The notes below the pieces were generated by a model. That model was given only the letters and a program-made list of their open reading frames with translations. It did not search any database and was not told where the DNA came from. A DNA stretch of 64,000 nucleotides from Anaerohalosphaeraceae bacterium (GTDB lineage: Bacteria > Planctomycetota > Phycisphaerae > Sedimentisphaerales > Anaerohalosphaeraceae), in NCBI GenBank assembly GCA_963675525.2, contig CAXXSL010000001.1:224001-288000 (forward strand), in the 5' to 3' direction. Numbering within the stretch: position 1 is the stretch's first letter; every line of letters begins with the position of its first letter. Both the position numbers and the translations under genes were made by a program. This document shows, piece by piece, positions 31,724-42,271 of the stretch.

Positions 31724-31895
31724 GCAGATTCCATATTGTTTGCCGCCGCGATGAGCGATTAGCGAACGGCAAACATCAAACAGTTCTGCCGGAATAAACA
31801 ATGAGTATAAGCCGAGTGCGAAAATGTGCTCAGCTTTTTTCATGAGCCGAATGGTACGCCCGACCCCTTTTATTTCCCTGGCGAGACAAGTTGCC

Positions 31896-32670
31896 GAATG
31901 AGGATTGTTTTATTCGACCCCTGCGGGGTCGGGGGTTGTGTGATTGTTTTCCCTTTGGGCTTGTGGAATTTTTTGATATTTATGTCGCCCGCTGCGCGGG
32001 CTCACAGAGGGAGGGGTTGTGATTTTGGTCCACGGGCTGGCACCCGTGGCTACAACATGGCGTCTGCTGCGCAGACTTTTGATGGTCGATGGACGAACAC
32101 GGACGGTCATGGACCCATTCGGCTACGCTCAGGACAGGCTCCATGGACGGGGTGGACGTTTCGATTTTCTATGGACGAATGAGGATTGTTTTGTTCGACC
32201 CCGTTGGGGTCGTGGGGGTTGGGGCGTGATTGTTTTCCCCGGGTTTCGCCCGGGGCTATTATTGTTCAAGCCCGTTGGGCTTATACATGCCCACGCAAGC
32301 GTGGGCATGGCACCCGATGGTTACGGGTTCGACGCCTGGGGCTATTATTGTTTAAGCCCTGCGGGCTTATTGGAATTTTTCTGATATTTATGTCGCCCGC
32401 TGTGCGGGCTCACAGAGGGAGGGGTTGTGATTTTGGTCCACGGGCTGGCACCCGTGGCTACAACATGGCGTCTGCTGCGCAGACTTTTGATGGTCGATGG
32501 ACGAACACGGACGGTCATGGACCCATTCGGCTACGCTCAGGACAGGCTCCATGGACGGGGTGGACGTTTCGATTTTCTATGGACGAATGATGATTATTTT
32601 GTTTGACCCCGTTGGGGTCGTGGGTTGTGTGATTGTTTACCCCGGGTTTCGCTGGCGCTTACCCGCGGCT
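31896..32670. repeat. REP mosaic array with a ~250-bp near-identical duplication (31964-32216 / 32371-32624)
   Basis: Three copies of cgaatga.gatt.tttt.tt.gacccc...ggggtcg and two near-identical long units; hairpins related to the RAYT flanks. Confidence 0.88.
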
Positions 32671-32749
32671 GTTATGAGGCCATCTTACAAGTCTTATATT
32701 TTAAAACCAACAATTTTTTTGTTTTTTACTTCATATCGATATTCCTTGT

Positions 32750-32905
32750 CTTTCAAGATTGATCGCTCAGTCTGTTATTCGTGCTCGAAGCACACGTTAA
32801 TCGATTCGTTCTTCCTGAGGTGCCGCCAACAATCTACAATCGTGTTCAAGACACAAGCCTCGGGCCGTGGTCGGCACGTCGTGGTGAGCTTCAATCCATT
32901 CGTAT
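32750..32905 (-). ncRNA. Putative IS110 bridge/seek RNA (boundaries approximate)
   Basis: Two stem-internal-loop-hairpin modules whose loops match the target site and the donor junction (see findings). Confidence 0.7.
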
Positions 32906-32910
32906 ACTGT

Positions 32911-33993
32911 TTAAGCTTTTTCCGCCCGATAGGGTTCATTTTTTATCAACATGCGCCACAGATGCACGGTCAGTTTTCGAGCCACCGCAGTGATCGCTTT
33001 CTGTTTGATACCCCCATTGCTGTGACAAATCCGCCAAAAGTATTGTTTGGCCTTAACATCAACGGCAACCCACTGCCATGCGGCTTGAATGAGTGTGCAA
33101 CGAAGGGACGGCTTCCCGTCCCGATTGATGGGGCCGGATGTACTTTTTGAACCGCTTTGATGGATCGTCGGGGCCAATCCGACATATTTGACCACTTGGC
33201 AGGATGTCTCAAAATGGTCATAGTGGAACACTTCCGTAACAAACTGTCGTGCTGTCACCGGTCCGATGCCGGGATGTGTTTGAAGTAATGCAATCCGCTG
33301 GCCGGTTGGTGTTGACCCCATCCTTTCGTCCAGGAGACGCTCAAGCACCGTCAGTCTGTCAGAATGGTAGTCCAGGTCGCTGAGTAACGCGTCCAGTGAC
33401 AAACGTAATGGCTTTGGCAGCCGCAAGGCTCGGAGGGCGTCGATGCTTTTACCAGACCAATATTTGAGCCCTTCCGGTTCCGTCAGCCCGTGTTGTAATA
33501 AAAATGACTTGATTTGAGTTTTGACACAGGCTCCGTTTTTTCGTTGACGATGCCGCATCCGGCACAACTGTCGGTCCCCCTCCTGCTGGACCGAAGGAAT
33601 GGTCACCGGTTTGAGGAGCCCCTTGGCCAGATAACACGCCAGTTTTTTACTGTCCAGGCGATCTGTCTTGTCCTCTTTGGCGGCCGGCCGGGGCGTTTTA
33701 GAGGTGGCCGCAATAGTCACGGGCAGATGGTGTTTTTGTAAGGTGCGAGCCAATGAATAGCCCGTGGGCCCGGCTTCGTAAACAATCTCTTTGATGGCGT
33801 GCTGGACCGGTTTGAGCTGTTCAATAAGTTGATTGGGATTCGACGGCATGACAAAATCAAGAGCGGGGGTGTCGTTTAAGTGCAGCGCGACATGATACGT
33901 TTCCTTATGGGTGTCAATACCAATAAACAATGCATCGTTACGGGTTAAACGGATAGTGTTGAAAAATGTCTGTACCTTTGATAGACTACGCAT
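32911..33993 (-). CDS. IS110-family transposase/recombinase
   Basis: DEDD residues (GIDTHK, YEAGPTG, KTDRLD) and C-terminal PGIG...GLAP..QSG; ATG at 33993 follows AAAGGA. Confidence 0.95.
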   Translation of the reverse strand: MRSLSKVQTFFNTIRLTRNDALFIGIDTHKETYHVALHLNDTPALDFVMPSNPNQLIEQLKPVQHAIKEIVYEAGPTGYSLARTLQKHHLPVTIAATSKTPRPAAKEDKTDRLDSKKLACYLAKGLLKPVTIPSVQQEGDRQLCRMRHRQRKNGACVKTQIKSFLLQHGLTEPEGLKYWSGKSIDALRALRLPKPLRLSLDALLSDLDYHSDRLTVLERLLDERMGSTPTGQRIALLQTHPGIGPVTARQFVTEVFHYDHFETSCQVVKYVGLAPTIHQSGSKSTSGPINRDGKPSLRCTLIQAAWQWVAVDVKAKQYFWRICHSNGGIKQKAITAVARKLTVHLWRMLIKNEPYRAEKA

Positions 33994-34207
33994 GGGCCAT
34001 CCTTTCGATAATGGTTCCGGTTTAGGGTTCAAAAACCATTATAAGAACTTTTGGATGGCCTACATATTATCTACAACATGACGTCTGCTGCGCAGACTTT
34101 GGATTATCGATTGACGAATGACGAATTATGATTGGGTGGGATTTTTCTGTTTAAATAGATTCTTCGCTTTGCTCGAAATGACAATTAAATGGTGGGCATG
34201 GCCCACC

Positions 34208-34236
34208 CTACAGACTACAGACTACAGACTACAGAC
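34208..34236. repeat. Tandem heptamer (CTACAGA)4
   Basis: ctacagactacagactacagactacagac. Confidence 0.9.
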
Positions 34237-34249
34237 AAGAGATTTCAAA

Positions 34250-34915
34250 TCATTCCATTTCAGTTTCGAGTTGGTGGGGCAGGTTTTCGAGGGGGCATCC
34301 TTTGCAGAGTGGTTTTCGTTTGCAGTGTTCTTTTCCGAGCTGGACGATGAGGGCGTGGTATTCGTTGAAGAGCCGGCTGTCATGTTCGAGGCCGGAATGA
34401 AACAGTTCCTGTATGTCCTGATAGCCGCAGCCGGGTTCGAGGAATCCGTGGCGGCCGAAGATGCGGGCGGTGTAGGCATCGACGACGAAGAGGGGCTTGT
34501 CGAAAGCGTACAGGCAGATCGAGTCGGCTGTTTCGGGGCCGATGCCTTTTAACGACAGCAATTGCTCGCGGAGTGTTGAAGTCGACAGGGCCGCAAGGCT
34601 TTCGATGGAACCATCATGTTTTTTAAACAGCCAGTCAATGAATCCTTTTAGACGCTGTGCCTTCTGGTTGAAATAACCGGCGGGACGTATCAGCCCGGCG
34701 AGGGTTTCAACATTGAGATTCCGGAGTTTTTCAGGAGTCAGGCAGTCGTTTTCGGCCAGATTGGCGAGTGCTTTTTCGACATTCTTCCAGTTGGTGTTCT
34801 GGGTCAGGATAGCCCCGATGATGGTTTCAAACGGTCCATCTCCCGGCCACCAGCCTTGCGGGCCGTAGCGGTCATACAATCGCTTGTAAATGTCCATTAG
34901 CTGCGGACGGCTCAT
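34250..34915 (-). CDS. Endonuclease III-like HhH-GPD glycosylase
   Basis: GAILTQNTNWKNV, LKGIGPETADSI, FVVDAYT, C..KPLCKGCPL Fe-S motif; start taken as MSRPQL. Confidence 0.88.
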   Translation of the reverse strand: MSRPQLMDIYKRLYDRYGPQGWWPGDGPFETIIGAILTQNTNWKNVEKALANLAENDCLTPEKLRNLNVETLAGLIRPAGYFNQKAQRLKGFIDWLFKKHDGSIESLAALSTSTLREQLLSLKGIGPETADSICLYAFDKPLFVVDAYTARIFGRHGFLEPGCGYQDIQELFHSGLEHDSRLFNEYHALIVQLGKEHCKRKPLCKGCPLENLPHQLETEME

Positions 34916-35023
34916 TTGTATTCGATCTCCCGGTAAATTTGATTTTAGTTTTTTCCTTTTACTTTTGACGCGTTTGATTATACTTTCTGGGTCTTTGAAA
35001 GCAACCCCTTTAGGGAAATCCTG

Positions 35024-35875
35024 TTGAGACGACGTTATGACCGACAATCCGTTTCAGGACAGTTGGTTCCGAGCCTTCCGAATTCGTATGCGGAACGGAC
35101 GAGCCGGCCGATCTATGCGCTGGCTTATCTGCTGGGTTTTCTGGCGCTGTACGAATTGGGCATTCTGTTTATCCAGTCTGAAGCGCTGACCCAGTCTCTG
35201 AACCAGCCGGAAGGACAGGTGGTGGCGTTCTACTGGGTCAGGACAGCACTGCATTATCTGGGTTTTTCGACACGCATGACATGGGTGGCTGCGCCCTTGG
35301 TGGTAATCGTGATTTTGCTGACGCTGCAGGCGACGAGCAAAAGTTCGTGGCACGTAAAAGCGGGTGATTTTATTTTGATGACCGTCGAGTGTGTACTGCT
35401 GGCGATCCCGCTGATCGTCCTGAGTCTGCTGCTGAACCGCTCGGGTTCATCGGAGCCGTCTGCCGCGACGGCGGCACTGAGCACAGCGGTTCAAAATCGC
35501 CTGTTGGTGGATATTGTGACCGGTATCGGGGCGGGGATTTACGAGGAACTCGTTTTCCGGCTGCTGCTGATCTGTTTCCTGATGCTGCTGTTTCAGGATG
35601 TCTGTGGACTTAAGAAAGGTACGGCGGTGTTTTGGTCGGTTGTTATTTCGGCGGTGACGTTCAGTGCACATCACCACTTTTTCTATGCGAATGGTCAGTT
35701 TTATCGGGGTGAGGCATTTACGGTCGGCAAGTTTATCTTTCGTGCCCTGGCGGGGGTTTACTTTGCGGCTCTTTATGCGATACGGGGGTTCGGTGTGACT
35801 GCGGGGACCCATGCATTTTACAATATTCTGGCGGCGTTTTTAAGAATGGTTGTTTTTACGATTCCCATAAAATAA
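35024..35875 (+). CDS. CPBP (CAAX/Abi) intramembrane protease
   Basis: GIYEELVFR, FSAHH, GTHAFYN. Confidence 0.88.
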   Translation: MRRRYDRQSVSGQLVPSLPNSYAERTSRPIYALAYLLGFLALYELGILFIQSEALTQSLNQPEGQVVAFYWVRTALHYLGFSTRMTWVAAPLVVIVILLTLQATSKSSWHVKAGDFILMTVECVLLAIPLIVLSLLLNRSGSSEPSAATAALSTAVQNRLLVDIVTGIGAGIYEELVFRLLLICFLMLLFQDVCGLKKGTAVFWSVVISAVTFSAHHHFFYANGQFYRGEAFTVGKFIFRALAGVYFAALYAIRGFGVTAGTHAFYNILAAFLRMVVFTIPIK

Positions 35876-36052
35876 TTTCATTTTTTTTCGCGTTGTTAGT
35901 TCTTTATTTCATTCAACTTGTAAGATATTCGTCCGATAAAGGAGACTGGTCGCCGTATCAGTACTGATAAGGGGGTTGATTTTGGGTGCCTGTTTTGGTT
36001 ATAATGCACAGAGTTAAACAGAGACCAATGCCTAAGTTATAACGAGAGGACT

Positions 36053-36601
36053 ATGGATTCACCGAAAAGCCATCTAGCGGTCAGTGAGCTTAATTTCTCC
36101 CTCTTTCAGCGTCCGCTGCATCCGGAACTGTTTACGGTTTATGCGCGTCGGCATATCAAGACGGAGCAGTATGAGTCGACGATCTGGGCAACGGGCGGGG
36201 CGCATGTGATAAGTCTGTACACAGGTGATCTTTGTTTGACCGAACTGATCAGTGCACCGGGACAGTTGCTTCCGCGTCGCGGACTGATCGAACGATTCCA
36301 GTTCCGCGGTCAGCGCAATCATAAGTGCACACTGAGCCGGGGTCTGAGTTATATGACGGACTTCCAGGTTGAAAAGATGAGTTCCAATCTGTACCGGCAA
36401 AGTCACCATGATCTGGAACGTTTCGCCCGGAACCGGGGGATGTTTATCACATTCGCTAATTTGGCAGTGGGGGGGTTGGAACCGTTCAGTTATATTGATT
36501 TCGAGGCCCGCCGGGATGAATTACATGTTCATGCGTTCCATGCCTATCCGGAACAGGTAACCATCATTAAAACACAATCCCTGTTTGACCTGCATCAATA
36601 A
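36053..36601 (+). CDS. DUF2617-like protein
   Basis: RPLHPELF...HAYPE..TIIKTQSLF. Confidence 0.75.
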   Translation: MDSPKSHLAVSELNFSLFQRPLHPELFTVYARRHIKTEQYESTIWATGGAHVISLYTGDLCLTELISAPGQLLPRRGLIERFQFRGQRNHKCTLSRGLSYMTDFQVEKMSSNLYRQSHHDLERFARNRGMFITFANLAVGGLEPFSYIDFEARRDELHVHAFHAYPEQVTIIKTQSLFDLHQ

Positions 36602-36641
36602 GACACCAGCGAACGTCACATAGAGTCAAGCAGTGACAGGC

Positions 36642-37643
36642 CTACGTTGTTGCGTTGGATTGTTTTGAGCGTTCCACCAGAATATCCATCTTGCTTCTGA
36701 TTTCAGCGGCCATACGACTGTTGGGGAAGTTATGCATGATTTGTCTTCCCAGATACAGGGCTTTGTCCCAGTTTTTTTCTGTGACGGCAACCGAAAATTC
36801 AACGCCCACATTGTGAAGTTTTGTCTTGAATACGGTACTGGCTGATTCCCGCAATGCCAATGCTTCGGCAGGCGTCAGGTATAAATCCAGTTCTTTGAGG
36901 ATTTCCAGTCCGCGGTCTGTTTCTTTATTGCGCACTGCAATATCCCAATCCGCCAGCAACTGGCGTTTATGCCGATCTTTACGTTCCTGCAGGTGAACGG
37001 GCATCTTTTTAGCTTTGTCGGAATAAGGGAAAGTCCGATTGAGATTTTCGATCTGTGCGGCGGCCTGGATCCAGAGTTTCTGGTCAAACAGTTCCTCGAT
37101 ATACGCGATGATCTGGTTGACGCGTCCTTCTTCGGTGGCCGTTCGGTATTTGTCTGCTTTCTGTTGAAGGCGGATAGAAAGCTCCTGGTATTTGGGATGC
37201 CCGGCCATCCCGGCGATCATGGCGAAAGCGTCGTCGAAGTCATGCTGATGCAATTTGCTCAACACTGCTTCGCCGAGTTCCATCTGTTCGGAATCCCGAT
37301 AGACAATTTCCTTTGCGGTGTCGCTGAGCCTTGAGGCCTGTGAAACCTGGGCCATCAGGTTATTCCCGCGCGAGAGCATCTCGACGGCATTGTCCAGTAT
37401 TTCGCTGTTGGTTTTCAGCCTTGCGGCAATTTCACGCAGGAGCATAAGGTTGGCGAACAGCGCAAAGAGTCCACCCGCATACAACAGGACTTTGCCGATG
37501 ACCATGGCTTTGGATTGTCCGTCTTCTGAGCGTATAAAGAGATCGATCAGTAAAAAGACCGCAGCTGAAAGGACAATCAGGATGAACATTGACTCGCAAC
37601 CGAAATGGCGGGAATGCCGATGCTTGCGATTATGAAAATACAT
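36642..37643 (-). CDS. Hypothetical membrane-anchored helical protein
   Basis: Two N-terminal TM helices, LKELDLYLTP, FPNSRMAAE; RBS GGAG. Confidence 0.75.
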   Translation of the reverse strand: MYFHNRKHRHSRHFGCESMFILIVLSAAVFLLIDLFIRSEDGQSKAMVIGKVLLYAGGLFALFANLMLLREIAARLKTNSEILDNAVEMLSRGNNLMAQVSQASRLSDTAKEIVYRDSEQMELGEAVLSKLHQHDFDDAFAMIAGMAGHPKYQELSIRLQQKADKYRTATEEGRVNQIIAYIEELFDQKLWIQAAAQIENLNRTFPYSDKAKKMPVHLQERKDRHKRQLLADWDIAVRNKETDRGLEILKELDLYLTPAEALALRESASTVFKTKLHNVGVEFSVAVTEKNWDKALYLGRQIMHNFPNSRMAAEIRSKMDILVERSKQSNATT

Positions 37644-38095
37644 AGCTGGTGTCTCCTTACATCAGTGATTATTACATTTCATTTTGGAAATATAACAAAG
37701 CAAGCGTTTCACTATTTATCATATCAGATGTCGATAATCGTGTCAACGATTAAGATTATCCGGTAATTTTCCCGTGTCGTTTTAACCAATTAGTGTTTAA
37801 AAAAATAAACATTACATCTAAATCTAAAAAAAATCGGAGTTTAATCTATCAGGCAAAGAATCCGAGTGAACAGCAGTGTTGTTTCTGTTAAACATACCTG
37901 TTTTATTTGAAGAATCAGAACAGATATTATCGGGCCTTACAAAAGGCCGTTTTTGGGCTTATAAAGCACTATAAAAGCAGGTCATATTCAAGCCGGATAA
38001 TTTCCGTAATCACTTGGTATTTAAATTGCTCATCATTCGGTTGAAGGTTTGTAGCCCGACTAAGGTGTAATTGGCACAAAACAAAGGAGACGGTG

Positions 38096-38356
38096 ATGGA
38101 TAAAGACATGACCTTTGAGCTGCTGGAAGAGTTGCTGGATAAAATTGGCACCTATCCGCATGTGTCTGCTGAAAATAGAGTAAAACTTTTGAAATTTGTT
38201 GGAAAACAAGGAAAAGAAGCTGAGGAACAACTTTCTTCGATTTTGAATTCTATCGATGATTTACGTCTATATATGAAATACTTGCTGTTTGATCTGGAGT
38301 CAACACGTCGTGAAAACAGCTATTTCAAAAAGCTTTTGGATGAAAAAGAATCATAA
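38096..38356 (+). CDS. Small conserved coiled-coil protein
   Basis: LRLYMKYLLFDLESTRREN motif; RBS AAGGAG. Confidence 0.7.
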   Translation: MDKDMTFELLEELLDKIGTYPHVSAENRVKLLKFVGKQGKEAEEQLSSILNSIDDLRLYMKYLLFDLESTRRENSYFKKLLDEKES

Positions 38357-38554
38357 TCGTTATGAATTGGATTTTAATTTCATTTTAAACTCACCAAAAT
38401 TACCCATTTCCATAAAAGTACCCCTGTGTTTTTGTCGATAGAATGAGTGCTTAATTATAGCATTAATAGCAAGTGAGGCCCTATATTGAACAAAGTTGTT
38501 CCGATAACGCTATAAGGTATTGTTGAAATTGCGGGTCTGTAGAGAGATGAGCAT

Positions 38555-38582
38555 TTGACAGTCTTTCGCTTCGTGATAGAAT
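38555..38582 (+). promoter_or_regulatory. sigma70 promoter of clpC (TTGACA-16-TAGAAT, extended -10)
   Basis: Near-consensus hexamers 50 nt upstream of ATG 38633. Confidence 0.65.
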
Positions 38583-38632
38583 ATAAACCGGTTTAGGTAT
38601 TATAATGTTACTCCGAGATAAGAGGTAAACAG

Positions 38633-41165
38633 ATGTTTGAACGCTTTACAGATCGTGCCCCGCAAGGTAATGGCGCTGGCAAACCAGGAAGCTCAACGAT
38701 TTAATCATGAATATATCGGCACTGAACACATTCTGCTTGGACTGGTCAAAGAAGGCAGCGGTGTGGGGGCCAATGTTCTGAAGAATCTTGACGTGGATAT
38801 TAAAAAACTCCGGCTGGAAATTGAGAAACTTGTCAAAAGCGGGCCGGATATGGTGACAATGGGTAAACTGCCTCAGACGCCGCGGGCCAAAAAGGTCATT
38901 GAGTACGCAATCGAAGAAGCCCGGTCCCTGAACCACAATTATGTTGGTACCGAGCATATTCTGCTGGGACTTTTGAGAGAAACCGAAGGCATTGCCGCAC
39001 AGGTACTGATGAACCTGGGGTTGAAACTGGAAGATGTTCGCCAGGAAGTGTTGAACCTGTTGGGAGCCGGGGTAGAAGACAACGCCTATCAATCCATGGG
39101 TATGAAAATGAATCCCCAGGCTGCTCAGGCGGCCAAAGCCAAGAGCAAAACACCGGCTCTGGACAGCTTTGGGCGTGATTTGACGGAACTGGCCGCAAAA
39201 AATGAATTGGACCCGGTGATCGGCCGGGCCGATGAAATCGAGCGGTTGGTGCAGATCCTTTGCCGCCGGACAAAAAATAATCCGGTTCTTCTGGGTGAAG
39301 CCGGCGTCGGTAAGACGGCGATCGTGGAAGGATTGGCACAAAAGATCACCGGCCATGTGGTTCCGGAAATACTCAAAGACAGACGGCTGGTTGTGCTGGA
39401 TCTTGCGATGATGGTTGCGGGAACCAAATACCGCGGCCAGTTCGAAGAACGCATCAAGGCGGTCATTAACGAAGTTCGTCGAGCAGGGAATGTGATTTTG
39501 TTCGTGGATGAACTGCATACACTGGTCGGTGCCGGCGGCGCTGAGGGGGCGATTGATGCATCCAATGTACTCAAGCCTGCCTTGGCCCGAGGCGAGGTGC
39601 AGTGTATCGGGGCCACCACCTTTGATGAATATCGAAAATACATCGAAAAGGATGCGGCACTGGAACGCCGCTTCCAGACAATTGTGGTTGATCCGCCCAA
39701 CAAGGAGGAGACGGTAGAGATTCTGAAAGGGCTGCGTGACCGTTATGAGGCGCATCATCGAGTCCACTTTACGAATGAGGCATTGTACCAGGCGGTCGAG
39801 CTTTCATCCCGCTATATTTCGGGTCGCTGTCTGCCCGATAAGGCGATTGACGTGATCGACGAATCGGGAGCCCGTGTGCGATTGAAAAACATGACCCCGC
39901 CGCCGAATCTGGCGGAGTTTGAATCCCGCGTGGAAAAGCTGCAGGCGGAAAAGGATGAAGCCGTCCGGGCTGCTGACTACGAACGTGCCGCGGCGCTGCG
40001 TGACGACATTCAAAGCATTCTGGATGAAAAAGCGGACGTGCAGCGTCAGTGGCAGGAGAAAAATAATGAAGTGATCGGTGATGTGGATGCGGAAATTATC
40101 GCTGAAGTCGTCAGCAAGATGACCGGTGTCCCGCTGACCCGACTGGCCAAAGAAGACGCTGAAAAGCTGTTGGAACTGGAAGCGGAACTGCACAAAACCG
40201 TTGTTTCGCAGGACGAAGCGATCACGGCGATCTCTAAAGCGGTCCGCCGGAGCCGAAGCGGCCTGAAAGACCCCAACCGCCCGATGGGAAGCTTTATCTT
40301 TATTGGCCCCAGTGGTGTGGGAAAGACATTGCTGGCGCGTGCCCTGGCGGAATTTATGTTTGGCGATGCGGATTCCCTGATCCAGCTTGACATGAGTGAA
40401 TATATGGAAAAGCACAATGTCAGCCGCTTGGTGGGAGCACCTCCCGGCTATGTGGGCTACGAAGAGGGCGGCCAGTTAACCGAACGCATTCGCCGCCGGC
40501 CGTATTCCGTGCTGCTGCTGGATGAGATCGAAAAGGCTCACTCCGATGTGTACAACATGCTGCTGCAGATCATGGAAGAAGGCCGTCTGACCGATTCGTT
40601 CGGCCGTTATGTCGATTTCAAGAATGTCATCCTGATCATGACCAGCAATATCGGCGCTGACCTGATCAAGAATCAGTCCGGTTTCGGTTTTGGCAAACGT
40701 TCCGAACAGGCCAATTATGAGAAGATGAAAGAGCTGCTGGACAAAGAAATGGAACGTCATTTCCGTCCTGAGTTCCTGAACCGTCTGGATGCTCAAATTG
40801 TGTTCCGTCCCCTGACGCGAGAGGACCTGACAACCATTGTGGAATACGAACTGAACAAGGTATTCAAACGATTGCTTGAGCATAATCTGCATCTGGAACT
40901 GGAGTCATCGGCGAAGGAGTTCCTGATCGACAAGGGATATAATCCGGAATTCGGAGCCCGTCCGCTGCGTCGGGCGATCGAGCATTATATTGAAGATCCC
41001 CTGTCCGAATCGCTGCTTCGCGGCAGTTTTAAGGGCAAGACCCTGATTCGCATCTCGGTTCAGGATGAAGAGCATCTGCGGTTTGACGGGGTTGACGCAC
41101 CGAAAGAGATCAGTCCCGACAGCGTTGTTGTTCATGCGGCCGAAAAAGCCGAGTCGGCCCAGTAA
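38633..41165 (+). CDS. clpC: ATP-dependent Clp protease ATP-binding subunit; apparent +1 frameshift at codon 10
   Basis: Two ClpN repeats, two AAA+ modules and a UVR motif. The true start MFERFTDRA (ATG 38633, RBS GAGG) is one base out of frame with RKVMALA. Confidence 0.93.
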
Positions 41166-41232
41166 GGGACTTACAGGTGTCATGTTAAGAGAATTATAAT
41201 TCAATACGTTCAATATGACAGGAGAAAGAAAC

Positions 41233-41730
41233 ATGAAAACGAATCAATGGGTAACATTAGGTCTTATTCTTTTCATTGGAGCGGTGGGGGTGTTATGGGC
41301 ACAGGCTCAAGAGGAAGGTAAAAAAGACACTCAAATAACGGAACAAAAAGCGTCGCAGTCCGAGAACGCTTCACCGCGTAGCCGTCGAATCGATCCGTCT
41401 GCTGCCCGCAGCAGGACCGTCAATCGCGAACAAGGACGCCAAGAGAGAGCGGCCAGGCAGAGCGAAATGCACAGAGCTTCTCTGAAAGAACTGCAAGACA
41501 TTAAGACGATCGCGGAAGAAGAGGGCGCAACGCGAACCGTCGAGGCGATCCAGAAACTGATCGATAAGAAAAATGCCGAGTTCCAGAAAGGCATCGAACA
41601 GGCCGAACGGGCTCGCAGGGAAAGAGCCGCTCAAGTACAGAAACGCATGAAACAAGCTGAAGCTCAAAAGGCAAAGCCGGCTACTGAGGGCGAAGAAGGC
41701 AAAACGGAAACGACCGGCGAAGGCGACTAA
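41233..41730 (+). CDS. Secreted charged coiled-coil hypothetical protein
   Basis: Signal peptide after RBS AGGAG. Confidence 0.7.
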   Translation: MKTNQWVTLGLILFIGAVGVLWAQAQEEGKKDTQITEQKASQSENASPRSRRIDPSAARSRTVNREQGRQERAARQSEMHRASLKELQDIKTIAEEEGATRTVEAIQKLIDKKNAEFQKGIEQAERARRERAAQVQKRMKQAEAQKAKPATEGEEGKTETTGEGD

Positions 41731-41849
41731 AAACGGTTTTTATTAAAATGTTAGTTTAGACGATCCCGGCGGGGCTCAAAGCGAGAAGTTTTGGGTCCCG
41801 CTTTTTTTGATTTTTGGCTGTGAATTAATGACGATTTTAAATGGCTGAA

Positions 41850-42271
41850 TTTTGCGAGAACCGTCAAACTTCCAATCATCACGAGCAGAATGAATATAAA
41901 CACACACAGTTCGGACAGAAAAAATAATCCGGAATATCGATAACAATCAATCCATCCTTTTAACAAAATGACGGTCAGTCCCAACCCGATCAAAAAGCTG
42001 CCGAGATACATTGGATTTCTTACGAGTTCATATGGGCCGGTTGAGATCAGACAGTTGCCGAACGTATGACACTGCTTTTTATACCCGCGAGCGGAAATCC
42101 GCAGGTTTGGTCAAGCATCAGGAGGATAAGGCCTGCGGCGTCCAGCAGATGTTCGACTACCGGGCTGTATGTAATGGAATGCAAGTTCCTGCGCAAAAGA
42201 TAACATGCAAATCCAGCAAGAAAAATCACTTTACCGTTGATAAAAATACTTCGCTTATTATAAATCTTAAT
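41850..42271 (-). pseudogene. Decayed isoprenylcysteine carboxyl methyltransferase / PEMT-family gene
   Basis: LLDAAGLILLMLDQ [frameshift near 42105] LRISARGYKK...LISTGPYELVRNPMYLGSFLIG; ATT stands where a start codon is expected after AGGAAGG; 3' end is approximate. Confidence 0.7.

Larger units (their letters stand above)
32671..34072 (-). mobile_element. IS110-family (IS1111-like) insertion sequence, 1402 bp, inserted in a REP at a CT core
   Basis: Removing it restores CCCGCGGCTACAACATG, matching empty sites at 32043-32059 and 32451-32467. Sub-terminal inverted repeats are TATG(T)AGGCCATC, and CT is present at both junctions. Confidence 0.9.

Noticed and set aside
31826..33150. ORFs over the REP array (31826-32182, 32019-32384, 32186-32590, 32497-33150)
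   Set aside because: These are translations of palindromic repeats and of the IS110 antisense strand.
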